Shown piece after piece: positions 38,771 through 52,354 of a DNA stretch of 64,000 nt (its first letter is position 1; each line of letters starts with the position of its first letter). The DNA is from Utricularia gibba. Lineage: Eukaryota; Plantae; Magnoliophyta. Made by a program: the position numbers and the translations under genes. The notes beneath the pieces were generated by a model. It saw nothing but the letters and a program-made list of their open reading frames with translations, did not search any database and was not told where the DNA came from. The stretch covers positions 868,001 to 932,000 of the forward strand of contig NEEC01000009.1 of the NCBI GenBank assembly GCA_002189035.1, written 5' to 3'.

Positions 38771-40094
38771 ATGAGGACTTCTGGTTTGCCTTTACATTCC
38801 TGTCCGGGAGCGCAAGATTGTGGGGATAGCAGTGTCTGTGATTCTGCGGTAAAGATGACGAACTGGAGCTCAGATCCAGCGTCATTGCCTGGGAGCAATA
38901 ACAAGAGACACATAAGTGCTGCGGCTTTGATGCCCTTCAGCAGTGGTAGAAGAACATTACCCTCAAAATGGGATGATGCTGAGAGGTGGATTACCAGCCC
39001 TGCTTCCAGTCATGGAGGTTACCGGAAACCGTTGGATCATACACAGAGAAAGGCCAAGTCAAAGAGCGGACCTGTAGGACAGACGGGCTCGTGTACTTCC
39101 CATATTTTTTGGCCCCGGCACTTGCCACCAGTGGGCGCGTATTGAAGAACTCACCTCTTGCCGCTGGCGTTCTGCTGCCTGATCCAAGCTTGGGTCTTCA
39201 TTTCGGGGCTGGCAATGCCACGAATGTCGTCTCGAAGAGTGGGGATTTGCCTGGTTTATTATCCTATTTGGACACTGGAAGCCCAGAATCAGGTAACTCT
39301 TTGCTATCAGATTCATGCCCTGCTTCCTTCTGTAACACCAATGCTGTCACAGATCCACTAAATGGCAAGTTGGTGGAGGAAGAGATTCCTCAACAAGAAA
39401 AGCAGGTTGCCACTCAAATGTGCCCGCATTCACCTTCCAAGGATCAAGTATTGACCTCTATTCAACATTCGTCACCAGCGCCCACAATGGAAGCCACTGT
39501 AAGTGAAGTAATTCGAGATGTTCAAATAAACAAGGACGCAGAAAATACAAGCAAGCAGTCCGATAGGCGAGGTATAAAGAAGAAGATTATGGTAACCAAT
39601 AAAAAAGAGCACTTGCCTTCAAAGTGGAATAGCTCAGAAGTATCACAGAAATTGTCAAAGTACGCTTTTGTTGACTTTGAAGCTGTTGAGATTATGAAGC
39701 ATCACATCTAAGGGTTCGCATCTGATTCATTCCTACAGGTTGCAAAGGGAGGAAGCCAAGATCTCTGCATGGGAAAGCTTGCAGAAGGCAAAAGCAGAGA
39801 CAGCAATGCGCAAACTTGAGGTTTGTACAAAACCTGTATTACATGAAGCAACAGACACAGAAAAAAGCAAGCTCTGAAAAAGTACAACAAAATTGCGTTT
39901 TACAGATGCAGTTGGAGAAGAAGAGGTCTGCATCCATGGACAGAATATCGTTCAAGCTCCGACAGGCACAGACAAAGGCTGAAGCCAAGAGAAACATGCT
40001 TTCAATGGAAGATCCAGCAATGTCTTGGAGGGGCTGTAAACATTTCGCCATTTGTTTCTCTGGGTCGGCTTCTGCAACAAGGGGCAGCCCCTAG
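38771..40094 (+). CDS. Remorin family protein (long N-terminal group), 3 exons; apparent 1-bp frameshift at 39085-39087
   Basis: RHISAAALMPF.SGRRTLPSKWDDAERWITSP, QRKAKSKSGP; Remorin_C LQREEAKISAWESLQKAKAETAMRKLE/MQLEKKRSASMDRI..KLRQAQ.KA. Confidence 0.85.
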
Positions 40095-40299
40095 GATGGA
40101 ACATGGAAGGTTAGAGCATTATGCATCAAAATTTTGTTGTTCCATGCCATTTATCAAATCCAGCCCAGGAATCGGAGATTAAAAATACACCACCACAGGC
40201 ATGAAGAGAAGCATTGTGATGTCAAGTGGCCTTGCTCATTCCATGTTTATTAATTTCGAATGTAAAAGGTCCTCTGGTTTTTGGTTACTCAGCAACAAA

Positions 40300-41600
40300 A
40301 AGAAACTGTAATTTCAAGAGACCATGTCCTTTAAGGTAAATATTGAAGGTCATCAATGAGTAATTTGGCATCTCCAGATAAGGTATACATATGCAGGTTT
40401 ACTACATAATAAGCAACAGCTCATTCCATCAGAACTTTTATGAGCAGGGATATATCTTGTTCAATAGTCCATGAATGATCAATATCTAATTTCAATTCTA
40501 AAAAAAGCCCTACAGCCAAATAGAACCAGACCCGTGAGCCATCAATCACACTCAGGAAGGCCTATACCTGAAATCTGCACGTGAAGGTCTGCCACCAACC
40601 ATACTTCCCCCAACAATATAACCCCACTGCCAACAAAATACCAAATCGCTAAGATGCCATTCAATTACAAGCTGCATGGTATTATCCTGAGTATTAAATG
40701 ATATTAAATGAGAGTAAACACTAGTGAACGCAATCGACCTTAACACCATATCCTGTAATAATGGCACGCAGTGGTCCTTTCGAAAAGCAAAATTGTTCAG
40801 GTTGATTCCTCATGAGATTCCCACTTGGCAGAGGATCATCTAGTGGTGCATCTGAATCAATAGCAACCTGAAGGACACGACAAAAAGAAAATATACAGTT
40901 AGCTCTCAGGATGAATTCAAAATCTCAATGCGGCATCCTAAAAAATAATTTCTTATTCTGGAAGTATACATATTTTCGTATGTAGAATGAATAAATTTCA
41001 GATATCAGCAGACAATCTGCTGCTCACATATTTCATGCGATTCTCGAGCCACACGATCTGCAACATCTCCATCAGTAAAAAGCACCTTATCACACCTACA
41101 TATTTACACTCACAAAGTATGATATTTACACCTGCTGACTTGCATATCGTTATCAAATTAGTAAAACCGCAACGCCTAACTTCAATACAACACAGTCGTC
41201 CAGCCCCCCAAATATGCTCATGTATTCTCGAAGCTCATCGTCTCCACTTCCCAAAGTATTCCTAGAACCATAAAAGAGATATTCAACAAAATTCATCACG
41301 ATTTACAAGAAAACCCCAGAACAGCAAAGGAACTTAAAAAAAATCTTGCAACAAGCTTCCGTTCCGACTTACGATGCAGAAAACAATCGAAAAGCACCAT
41401 GTCTTCACTGTGCCCTCCCTCTCTCTCCCCTCCACCTCGCGACTCGCTAATCACTCATAGCACTCATCCTGCACACCAAAACAATAGGGACACCTCTGTC
41501 TCACAACAAACGCTTACCATCGGCGTAATCCATAACATCTTTGATCAAAACGACAGCATTCTTCCGAAGAATCACACGCATAAACTCACAAAAGAATATA
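40300..41600 (-). other. Possible unrecognised multi-exon transcription unit
   Basis: Series of strong minus-strand donors (GTAAGC ~41516, GTAAGT ~41371, GTGAGC ~41033, GTATAG ~40569) and pyrimidine-rich acceptors; the exon ~40867-40750 is open only as VAIDSDAPLDDPLPSGNLMRNQPEQFCFSKGPLRAIITGY; product not recognised. Confidence 0.3.
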
Positions 41601-43903
41601 AAAGGAAGCAGATGCGTCTCATAACCGACCTTACGTTTCGTATCAAACTGTGGATTTCAAAACCTTGATCGCTCTCCACGCATCCTACCACAACTCACTC
41701 CTATCCCCGCTGGGTTACCTTATCGCGGTCAGATCACAACTGCCAATCGCTGCAATATCGTCGGCGAAAATAGCCGCGCCGATGCACGCTATATTTCATA
41801 TTACAAAATAATATTAAACAATTTATTTTCAATAAAATCTAAAAAAATTACTGTGACATTCTTATATCAATATTTTTTAAATATATATATTTTTAAATGG
41901 TGTTGTATCCACAAAAGTTTACGTGATCATTTTTCAAAACTGCCCTTCCGCCATGGAATTCCTCTTTTGGAAGAACCGGTCGGATGGGTTCGGGTTTCAT
42001 GGGAGCGATTGCCGGTCCGGCCTGAGAAAACTAAGCCGAAAAAGAGGCATGGCGTGTTCGTGTGGACACATATGGTCCATGTAACACCGACCCTAAGAGA
42101 AAGCACATTGCTTGGTTTTCGTTTTCGATGAAAAGGGTGCCGGGTGGGTGTGCGAGCAGCCGCATGTGGCGCTGCTGGTGGAGCCGCATCGCGTGTACTG
42201 CCTGGGAATGTGAGAAGGAAATGGCTTGTTCCTCAATGATGAGGAGGGCACATGGCTGCGCACCCTCTATCTTAACCCCACTCACCGCTCATTACTAGAC
42301 AGATACGCAGTGATTTTTCAAGAACCAGACATATCAGATCCTTAATCCTGCTATCTTGAGCACTCACAGTCCAGAAATCCAAACTCCTCATACACAACTG
42401 AAACATTTTGATTTTACTATTGAAACTAAGTATTTAATGGGTTAAACGAGAATACATGAAATTCAAATGCATAAAAAATTTAAATCATATTAAAAAAGAT
42501 TAGATTCAATTAATTATTAAAAATTTGTAATTTTTTATTACTTGATTATTTTAATTTCAAATCACAATATGTGATTTTTTATTTCTAATATCCATTCTTA
42601 ATCCAACTAATTTTGTCATCTAAGTCTAATATGTTTATTTTCTTTAAAGCAATATAAAATTCATCTTGATCAATCAAACAGTGAAGTAAATTAAATGTTC
42701 TAATATCATGTTAAAATTAAGGATACAATAGATACGACAAATATATGTAAAATCTAAGTATATAATAAACATGAATTATATTAAAAAAATTAGATTAAAC
42801 TAATTACTAAATTTATAATTTGTTATATATATATTTATTTTAATTTAAAAGTTCAAATATGAGATTATTTGTTCTCATATTTACAGCATCATCAATGTGA
42901 ACCGTCTGTGTTACAGATCAATGATGCTTTAGAAATGAGAAAGGAGATGCTGGTGCGGCATCACCACATGGCTCATGGAGTGTTGGGTGCAGAATCCTGT
43001 TCTTGTGTGTTTTTAGGCGGAGAAGTAGAAAAAGAGATACTGTAAATCTATGGGTGTTGGTTCAATTTGGCCCACTTGGGCTGACGTGCAGATACGCTAT
43101 TGGGATATGCTGTTTCTGCCGGGACCGGCCGCCCGCAACAACTGTACCGACAATTTGTCCCCATCTGACTTGGGAGGCGTCGTTACCGGAGAAGCTGCTT
43201 CCCTCCCTACTTCACCTAAGCTTAGAAAACTCCGATCGTGCAGACGGCGTCGTTAATTTTGATGCTAATTCCCCTTGATACCATCGCGCACACAGCAGCT
43301 GCAGTGAATCTAATCTAATTGCTGTATTACATGGGGCTTTGACTCTGACTCTGAGGGAGAAGAAGAAGAGAAGATCAAAATAGGTTACTTGCTGCATGTG
43401 GACTTATGACGTGGGAACTGACATCATCCGCCATGGGCACTGGCCGAGGGAAGCTTCGTTGCGGCTTGCGGGGGCGGAGGCGGCGGCGTGCTGGTGCCGC
43501 CAACGTCCTACTGCGCGCCCACTTGCGGGTCTGAGGACCTGGGGGTGGCCGGACCCTCACCTAGGGGGGAGCCACGCGCGAGCCCCAAAATAATTAGGTT
43601 AAATACGGTAATTATTATTTTTCGAAGGAAGGGGGATGTAATTAATATTTATTTAGGAATATAAAAAATGTAAATTCATGTCATTTACTACATGGTGACA
43701 AATGAACACGTTTCTTTCAAGTTGCCCAATTGAAATACCCGGATAGCATACACGTGATTGTCGGAAAAATCTTTATACCCACGTTTCCTGTTTCTACAGG
43801 ATGCAGTGAACCGATTCGGGTCCTGATTCTGATCCCCCTTTAAATTACGCACACTGCACTTGATTTTTCTCAGTCGTTGAAGAGATTGGTCTTGTTTGCG
43901 GGA

Positions 43904-44930
43904 ATGGAGGCGTGGGTTAGGGGACAGAGATTGGGACAGGGGAGTTTCGCCACCGTCGACTTGGCGGTGGGGATTGGCGGGAGTGCCTTTCTTCCGCCAT
44001 TGATGGCGGTGAAGTCGTGCTCCGCTTCTAGGTTGGAGGCGCTGGGGAACGAGAGGGTCGCGTTGGAGGAATTGAGGGATTGCCCACATGTTATTCGTTG
44101 CTTTGGGGAGAGTTTTTCTTGGGAGAATGGGGAAAGGGTGTATAACTTGTTGTTGGAGTTCGCCGCCGGGGGTCGTTGGTGGAGAAATTGCACAAATCTG
44201 AGGGTCGAAGATTGCCGGAGCCTGAAGTGCGCCGTTACACGAAGGGGTTAGTTGAAGGGATTGGGTATATTCACCGGCAGGGGTATGTTCACTGTGACAT
44301 TAAGCCGCACAACATCCTCCTGTGCCCAGAAAACGGCGTGAAAATCGCCGATTTCGGGCTGGCGAAGCGGGCCGGCAGCGCTGGGGGGAGCTACGGGGGA
44401 CGCCCATGTATATGTCGCCGGAGATGATCTGTGACGGGGAACAGGAAACACCGGCGGACATATGGGCTTTAGGATGCGTGGTAGCCGAGATGGCGTCGGG
44501 ATCCCCAGCGTGGCGGTGCTCCGATGTGGCCACTCTCCTCCCGAGAATCGGCCGCGGCACCGCAGTACCAGAGATCCCCGCCTCCCTCTCCGAACAAGGG
44601 AAAGATTTCGTCCGAAAATGCTTCATCAGAGATCCCGCCGCCAGATGGACGGCTGCGATGCTGTTGAATCACCCGTTCGTGCGAGAAATCGCCGCCGTTG
44701 AAAAACCCACGGCCTCTACTTCTTCCCCTAGGTGCCCCTTCGACATACAGAACTGGTGTTCAATTACATCTTTGCCCTCCTCCCCGGACTCCTCCGACCC
44801 GAATCCACTTTTCTTTCCATCACAAAACGAGTCGTCGGGCTCCCTCTCAGCTTCCAACCGGATCCAACCGCTGGCCGTTGATAAATTGCCCGATTGGTCA
44901 AACTCCACCCGGTGGACCCACATCAGATGA
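43904..44930 (+). CDS. Intronless MAPKKK17/18/20-like kinase, split by two apparent -1 frameshifts
   Basis: [42 protein letters not shown]|[31 protein letters not shown]|[24 protein letters not shown]. Confidence 0.85.
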
Positions 44931-46944
44931 TATATTTATTTCGAGTATCTTTTTCAACGCGCCCGCACAGCCGTTGGATGATGCGAGATTAGTCTCCTTG
45001 TAGGACCCCCATTTTTGTAATTTGTTAACATTTTTCAATTTTTTTCCAAATTTAGACCTCAATTAAAAACAATCAAGAATCCTTATTATAAGCTTGGATC
45101 AAAGCAAATTCGTCAATTTTAACTCGAATCAATTGCGTTTTTTAAACATGGGTAGCATCAACCATGTTATAACCATATAATACTTATATTTTATTAATTA
45201 AAATAATGAGGCAATTACTTTTAAAAAGAAGGGGAATGGCGGGAGGCAGGCAACAAAGCAACAAGGTCGGTCACATGCGCCCGCATCTCAGGGCTGTAAA
45301 ACTGTGCGGCACGAAGCACCGCGCTGGGCTGTAAGAACTCAGACCAGAGTCATGTGCATCTGTCTCTCTGTCTCTCTATCTGTCTTCCCCTTTCGCTTTG
45401 CAATGAACCGCCGGTCAGCACAGCAGCAGAGCTAAAAAGCAAGCTGGTGCTTGTGCTGGGCTGGAGAAGCATCCCAAAGCGAGTAGGATTCGATATGGTC
45501 CACGCAGCATTTACTGTGCACCAGGGGAGGGTTACCCCCCATCCCCCATTTGAGCTCAGCAAGTCAAGCCTGCGATTAATGCGATTCAGATCAGGAGCAT
45601 GAACCCCAACCCAACTTGCGCCACTAACCCCTACTTTCTAACGCACCTCATGTAATAAAAAAGGCATCAATCAGATCCCATCGCACGATCTCAACATAAA
45701 TGTGAAAGATTGGGCATCCATCGCATCGGATTTCGGGTATATGGAGCAGGTCACCGGAAACATGATTCGATAGATACGGGGATGTACATCGTAATTGATG
45801 TGTTTTGTATGGATTTTTAGGGTTTCGAAATTGAGGTTATTTTGTCTTTTTATAGCAGTATGGAGGATATTTATGGTGCGTTGACCTGCTAATATTGAAT
45901 TCGCGTTGACCTGGCATTAGATGTGTAGATTCTTTGAAATTTGTGGTGGGGGTGATGGATTCTGAACAGTTTTGAATTTAAATATAAGCAATTTATGTTC
46001 TAAAAAACTTGAAAATTCAGAGTCATCTCTTATTTTTAAAAAAGTATATAAAAAAACCTTAGCAATTTGTCTTTTTTGTGATTAGTGATGTTATAACGAA
46101 AGAACAATTGATGTTTGAATTATATTCGATTCAATTAACATCGTTTATTTGCATTTAAATACTGTACACAAGCGAATACAAATAAAATCCATACTCAATT
46201 AATTTAATGAATGAATATCAATAAGATTAATGTTCGATTATACTCGATTAGTTTGATTAAATATTAATATCAAATAAGATTTTCAGTTGATATAAAATAA
46301 AAATTGCGGCCTTAATATTCATTTTTTTAGTGTGTTTAGAGATAAAATGAGGATGATGAAATTTGTAATTGACTACATGATTGGATTTATTTTAGTTAAT
46401 TTATTAATGAAATGTGAGGTAAGCATGCATTTCCATTGATGGGCCAGAAGTGGCCCATAGAGTGTTGGGCTTGATATTTGGGCCCTGGAGTGAAACTGAA
46501 AGTGTAAGATATTTGTTTGCCTTCTGCCACCCAACCACCAGATTTGACCCCAAGTTGAAGTAACTAAATGGGGTAAAAAAAACATCAAATCAGAGCAAAC
46601 ATTTAAACCTCTGAAGAGGCAGAAGTGATGGGATTACACACTCCCACGTCTTTTTTACCTTTTTCCTTTTTCTCTCCATTCACCACGGTGAATCCAATAA
46701 TGTGCAAGCTTGTTTGTCCTTGTGGTTTTCACTTTTCCAGTCAGACATTCCGTAGAGGCGTGGGGAGAGAGAGTTAGTTGACTGAAACAAAACTCAGTAA
46801 CATACAGGGAGAAAAGGGAGGGGAAATGGATCAAATGCGCTCTCCATTGGCTCTTGTCTTGTTCTGATTATTTGGGAAAAAGGGGGAGTCTATCTGTCTA
46901 ATCTCCAAGGGAAGGATGGGTTGAAGATGGTGGATCCCATTTTC

Positions 46945-49023
46945 CTACAGCCAATTCTGAGGTGGTCTTATCACAAAAGGGAATCCTGATGATGCTGCAG
47001 CCTTTGCAAAAAATGGGGTTTGATTACTCATTTGATGGTGATGCTGTTGTTGTTGAAGGTGATAGTGTTGCTGTTGCTGTTGTTGTCCATTTATGGGCAT
47101 GGAAATCGGAATCTCTCCCACCTTCCTGTGCTGATGGTGATGACCCTGTGGGAGAGGACAGCACACCGGGATTGCACATCATTTCCTTGTATTGCTTTAG
47201 AATATGCAAAATGCTGCTTACATACATTGTAGCCTTGGAGTGTGAATGGTGGAGATTGCACCATCTGAGCCGTATGGGGCTGGGGCTCAGAACCAGGCTC
47301 AGGCTCAGCTGTTCTCCCATATCTCTGAGCTTCTTTGCTGCTGTTAGTCTTCTCTGAGCTCGGGGACTTCAAGCTGGTTTGGCTCAGAAGCTGCAAGGTT
47401 TCCATTTCCCCGTATCCTTCCCTCAACCGGCGGCCATCTCCACCACCAGGAGAACCAAGATGCTGAAACATGGGAAACTTGATTCAGTTTTGATGATATC
47501 AGAACGAGAACCAGGAACCAGCTTATGTACTCACCCCCTGCCGGAATTCGGATTCTCCTGTGCCATGTTTTGCTACTGAGTTCCCCAAGCTCAGATCCAG
47601 ATTATGATCTGCTACACTGTTTGAAGATTCTGATGCATACAAACACATCATTTGTGTATCAGGATCGTCCCCTTTTTACATGTTTGCTGATGATGGTAAA
47701 AATCCCAGTTACAGCAGTTACCTCCTGTTTTCATCTCCTCATCGTAGATGCTGGGGTCAAAGTTCGTAACAGCTTCTTTCCCATTGCATTTAAGTACAGC
47801 TTTATCATAAGCCCTGAAAAGTACATCGCACGAACAGAAAAGTAATTACTCAGATCATTCATCTCTTTGACAACAAAAGCTAAGCTTGAAACCTACCTCG
47901 CAGCTTCGATTTCTGTATCGAACAGACCCAAGTAGACGTACCTGTTTTCGTAAGAAGATGCAGAGATTTTAGATATGAATCAAAGATTCAAGCTTTCTGA
48001 ATGGGAAATTTGTGGGGATCGTTAGCTCACTTTCTGCCCAGAAACTGACCCATTCGAGCTTCCCATCTCCCGCACTTGTGCAACGTGACTCCTCTGTACT
48101 TGGAGGTTCCTCTGGGGAAAACGCTGCTTTGTCTTCTGAGTGCGTGCACGAATTCTTCTTTGCTCAAATTCGCCATCTGGGAAGAAGGAAATTAAGATCA
48201 AGAAGGTAACAGAAAGGACGAGAAGAGAAAGGGGTAAAAAGATACATGTTTCATATCTTCTGCATAATCTTCAATGCTGAAATTTATATCAGCATCTAGT
48301 CCTCGGAACTTCATGGCAGCTCTATCGTATGCTCTGCAAATTTGGCAGAAAGGAAAGGAAGGAGTCAGGGCATTTGATTGGTTTTGAAGGATATGAACTC
48401 CGGTGCCCGGGGAAATTACCGCGCCGCCGCGTGGGCGGTGTCGAAACCGCCTAAATAAACTTGCTTTCCACAGTCCCTGAGAAAAAGAAGGAGATGAAAC
48501 GGGTGCATGTGAAGGAGATGAAAAGTGGAAAGGGGACCGACGAATTGGACCGTTTGGTTTATGATGATAATTACCATATGTGAGATTCCCACCGGCCGGT
48601 TCTCCGGTAGAACGTGACGCCACGATATTGTGAGCTCCGGGAACGTGGCCCACGGCGGCTCTTCTTCAACGGCTGCGCTACCGGGGTAATTTCGCCACCG
48701 ACAGCTTGGCCGAATTTTGCTCCCATCCAATTTGCTCTCGGGAAGCTGCTGGGCGTTGCTGTCTCTTCCCTGCTGCCGACTGGAAAGAACTGCCGCGTCA
48801 CCGGCGGCGCGTGGTAATCATGATCGACAGGAAACCCAAAGATTTTGTCGGCGCTGCTCCTCTTTCTCCCCCACGCCTTATCCACATCCTCCTCCTCCTC
48901 CTCCGACGCATCCAAAACGACAACCGCCGACGAGCTCGAATTCGAACCAGAGTCAACGCCAACTCCCTTCCTCCTATCATCCCCTGATTCTTCCCCCACC
49001 GGAGAGCCGTTCAGATTCCACAT
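46945..49023 (-). CDS. AP2: APETALA2 (euAP2) transcription factor with two AP2 domains
   Basis: MWNLNGSP start, [60 protein letters not shown], linker [68 protein letters not shown]. Confidence 0.95.
46980..47000 (-). promoter_or_regulatory. miR172 target site in AP2 CDS
   Basis: The minus strand reads CTGCAGCATCATCAGGATTCC, the canonical euAP2 miR172-complementary site encoding AAASSGF. Confidence 0.95.
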
Positions 49024-51735
49024 TATTTCTAAAACAAAAACAGAAACACAGCAAACTACCCGAAACAAACCAGATCCATCTCTCTTCACACCAATCACCA
49101 CCCCTGAAAAAAAAACCACCGGAATGTTTCTCAAAGAACCTAATCAAACCAAAAAAGAATCTTGATCAGATCCCTCACTCGGGAGCTGCTCAGGTCTCCA
49201 TTTTTTCACACAAATTCTACATCCCACACCCCAAAAGCTCCTTCTGAGACAGCCAGCCAGTTAAAGAAGCGATCCCCCACACCCAGAAAGCTATTTCTTT
49301 CGTTGCGCCCGTTGCGGTGAGCTCAGTATTTATGGATGTGGATGTACCCTGCAGCTAACCCATTCATCACTTCGCTTTCAAAAATCTATTTCGGTTCACT
49401 GTTTCTAGGCCACAGTGCATGTTTAAAGTTCCCCCATTTGTTTCTAGTGACTCCTTATCACCCCCTTTTTCAATCATTCAACCACTACTTATTTTACCCC
49501 CTTTTTCTCCCCCACATATCCATATTTTTCTTCATCCTAAATAAAACAAATTCGAAAAATTTCAAACCCATGAATTTAAGAGGTGGTTTAATACTACAGC
49601 TATTAGTATATTTAAATATAATAAATATATATATATTCAATTGTAAAGTATATAACAAATTATATGTTTGATATTCGAGAATAGAGTTATCAGGCATAAC
49701 AATCTAAGATTCACAAGAAAAACACAACTGTACTTGAGAGGAGAAATAATTTTTGAATGATTATAAATGATAAAACATGCGCTAGTACAAATATAATTGA
49801 GTTCAATCTCTTTATACTTCATTTGTATATATCATTCATATATTCAAAAAATGAGAATATAAATAATATAAATATATAAGATTGATATACATAAAATCGT
49901 TAAATCTTGTATATAATATTATCAAATACCCTATAATACGTTTGAATAATTTTTTTTATTCTTTAAAAAATGTAATTAAAAATTATTAAACTCGATGGTT
50001 AAAACCTCGTCTATCCCGCCCAGCCTCCCCCCGGTGATGTTGAAATTTGGGCGATGGTCTACGCCGTGGCGCCGCCGTCAAAAGGCCTCTTATTCAACGA
50101 CACTTTTTACCGTACAAACCTTGACATAAGAAGCAAGTCCAGAAACTGGACTCCAAAAATAGAACAAGAATCAACATAAACCACTTGGTGGCACCCTTCA
50201 TCACACCCTTTGAAATGATTTTTTACTTCCGAAATCATAGAAATTTAGTTCGAATTTGATAACAAAATTATTTCATTTTGTCACACATAGTAGCTAATGT
50301 GTCTGTGTGTCTTTTATTTTATTTTTTTTACATGGGGGAAGAAGGGGGTTGCCCATGAATACCAAAAAAGGAATCTGGCTTCCACATAAAATATTAACAT
50401 TGGACACGAACATGTGGTGTACGAGGTTTCACTTTGAAAGGCGGCGAGGGAGGCCACGTCGCTCCCCAACAATTAAACAAAAAAAAAACAGGTTTTCACA
50501 CACAAACACGTACGGGTGGGTGTGCGTGTCTTTGACTCCGAACCTGATTGGCTCGGAGCCCAAGTTCGGGAATTGCAAATAGGCCACGTGGTCACGCTAC
50601 GGTCAGCATCCCCCCTACCGAATAAAATATCATATCCCTTTTTATTATTTTGTACAACATAATTAATAACGACATCATTATAAAAACATCAACTGTCACA
50701 ATATTTTTATTATTTTCGGTACAATTATTGTCACCACCACCATCCAAAAAATAAAAAATAAAAAATATTCGAGGTAGGGGAGTGCCTACGTGCTTTTATT
50801 TATTCATTTGTTTATTTCAAAAAATAAGACTTTCCATTGAGTTTGATTGTCCAACCGACGTGTTATTCACCATATTTAAAAATCACGATTCACTCATAAA
50901 TTATTAATTATTAAAAAATTCAATTCAATTCGAATCTTTCTAAAATAAAAAAATAATTATAATTTAATAATACTATTGTTGGAAATCAATCTTTAGTGAT
51001 AGTAAGATGTAGTAAGTTGAATATGCTCTTAGTATCAATCAAACTCAGAGAATTGTTTGTGAAATGGTAGAGACAAAAACCTTGCAGTACTTGGGTTAGT
51101 ATGAGTAACAAAATTTTTACTCAAAAATCTCACATATTGGCCTAGTTTATTTTCAGCCCCATTAATTAATATAAGAATAAGCCCAAACTAAAGATTCTGC
51201 AACTTCATGAGAAGATATATTTATTGTTCAATTGCAATCTGTCACATCCTAATGATCATATTTACAAAGATCTATCTTTATGTATTGTATAATTACATTA
51301 ATAGAAATGTAAACAAGTGATAGAAAAACAAGAACTCTTTCTTCAAACCTCAAGCCTCCTTCCCACACCAGAATCTACAAACATACAACCATATCTTCCA
51401 TTAAATATAATTTAATGAGAAAATATGCATATTTTTTCAAAATGAAATTAAGATTTCAACTAGGGGGGAAGCGTTGAAAACGCGAATTATTTATATAAAT
51501 GATTTATTATTTTCTTGGTCATTTAAAAAAATAATTATTTTTTGAAATAATTGGGCTTGACCTGTTTGGAGACAGTAGTGAAGGGCCGGCCCAACATAAT
51601 TAAATTTCACCGGCATTTCACTTTGAGCATCTCTGAAGGCGGATGTGCATGAATATTATCTGTTGGAGCAGCCGGGGGACCCTGGAAACGCATCTCTGCA
51701 ACTGATGCTGAAAGGCATTCACAGTAGGGCTGGAA

Positions 51736-52354
51736 GCTAGAAACCGACTGGGGCCGACGAATACTGCTGTGCCTGGCGACGGACGCTCCTCTGGTATTCG
51801 ACTGGATCCTGCGTTGTTGAGGAATCGTCAGGTGAGGGAACAAGATATGGAGATTTTTACACAGAGGGTATTGAGGAAAGGAAGAGGACATGTAGGAAAA
51901 GACGGCATGCGAATTCTTGGGCAGGACTGTTCGGATTAGGCTGGTCCAACATGTCCTGAATCCCGCGTAAGATTTGCTTTATGGTGATGGCGGGGCGCCA
52001 TCCCTGCGTCAAGGGTGAAGAGAGGGCATTACTGAAATGAATTGCAGAGCAGATAGTTCAGAGGTGGGTGATGGGGTGTGGACTTACTTCTGAGTTGATT
52101 ATGGAAAGGCATACACTGAAAAAGGAACATTTACCCCTGGTTTACCCGGAATGACGCAATTCCAGACCATTAAGTCCACCGTTCCATCCGGCAGAGACTC
52201 CGGTTTCGCCACAAAACCCTACAAAGGAAAAAAAAACCCAATAAACAAACACATAAAACCCAAAAACGAAAACAAAGGATCCAACATGTGGATGAGTCTT
52301 CCTCCAAGACTTGCGCTCCTCCGCCAGTCGTCCCCGCGCAATTCCTCCAGACAT
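51736..52354 (-). pseudogene. SCE1: SUMO-conjugating enzyme (SCE1/UBC9) copy lacking most of exon 3
   Basis: [51 protein letters not shown], then only 20 nt before [48 protein letters not shown]. The TDWEGG...FHPNVYPSG segment is absent and the frame is broken. Confidence 0.7.

Noticed and set aside
42465-42880. Degenerate ~110-bp AT-rich direct repeat
   Set aside because: Low-complexity sequence; the similarity may be compositional and no element boundaries were found.
42884-42935. Small hairpin containing TTGATGATGCTG, resembling miR172
   Set aside because: Only 12 nt match, the 5' seed differs and the stem is too short (12 bp) for a MIR172 precursor.
45455-45480. TGGAGAAGCA resembling the start of miR164
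   Set aside because: The match stops after 10 nt and there is no foldback partner.
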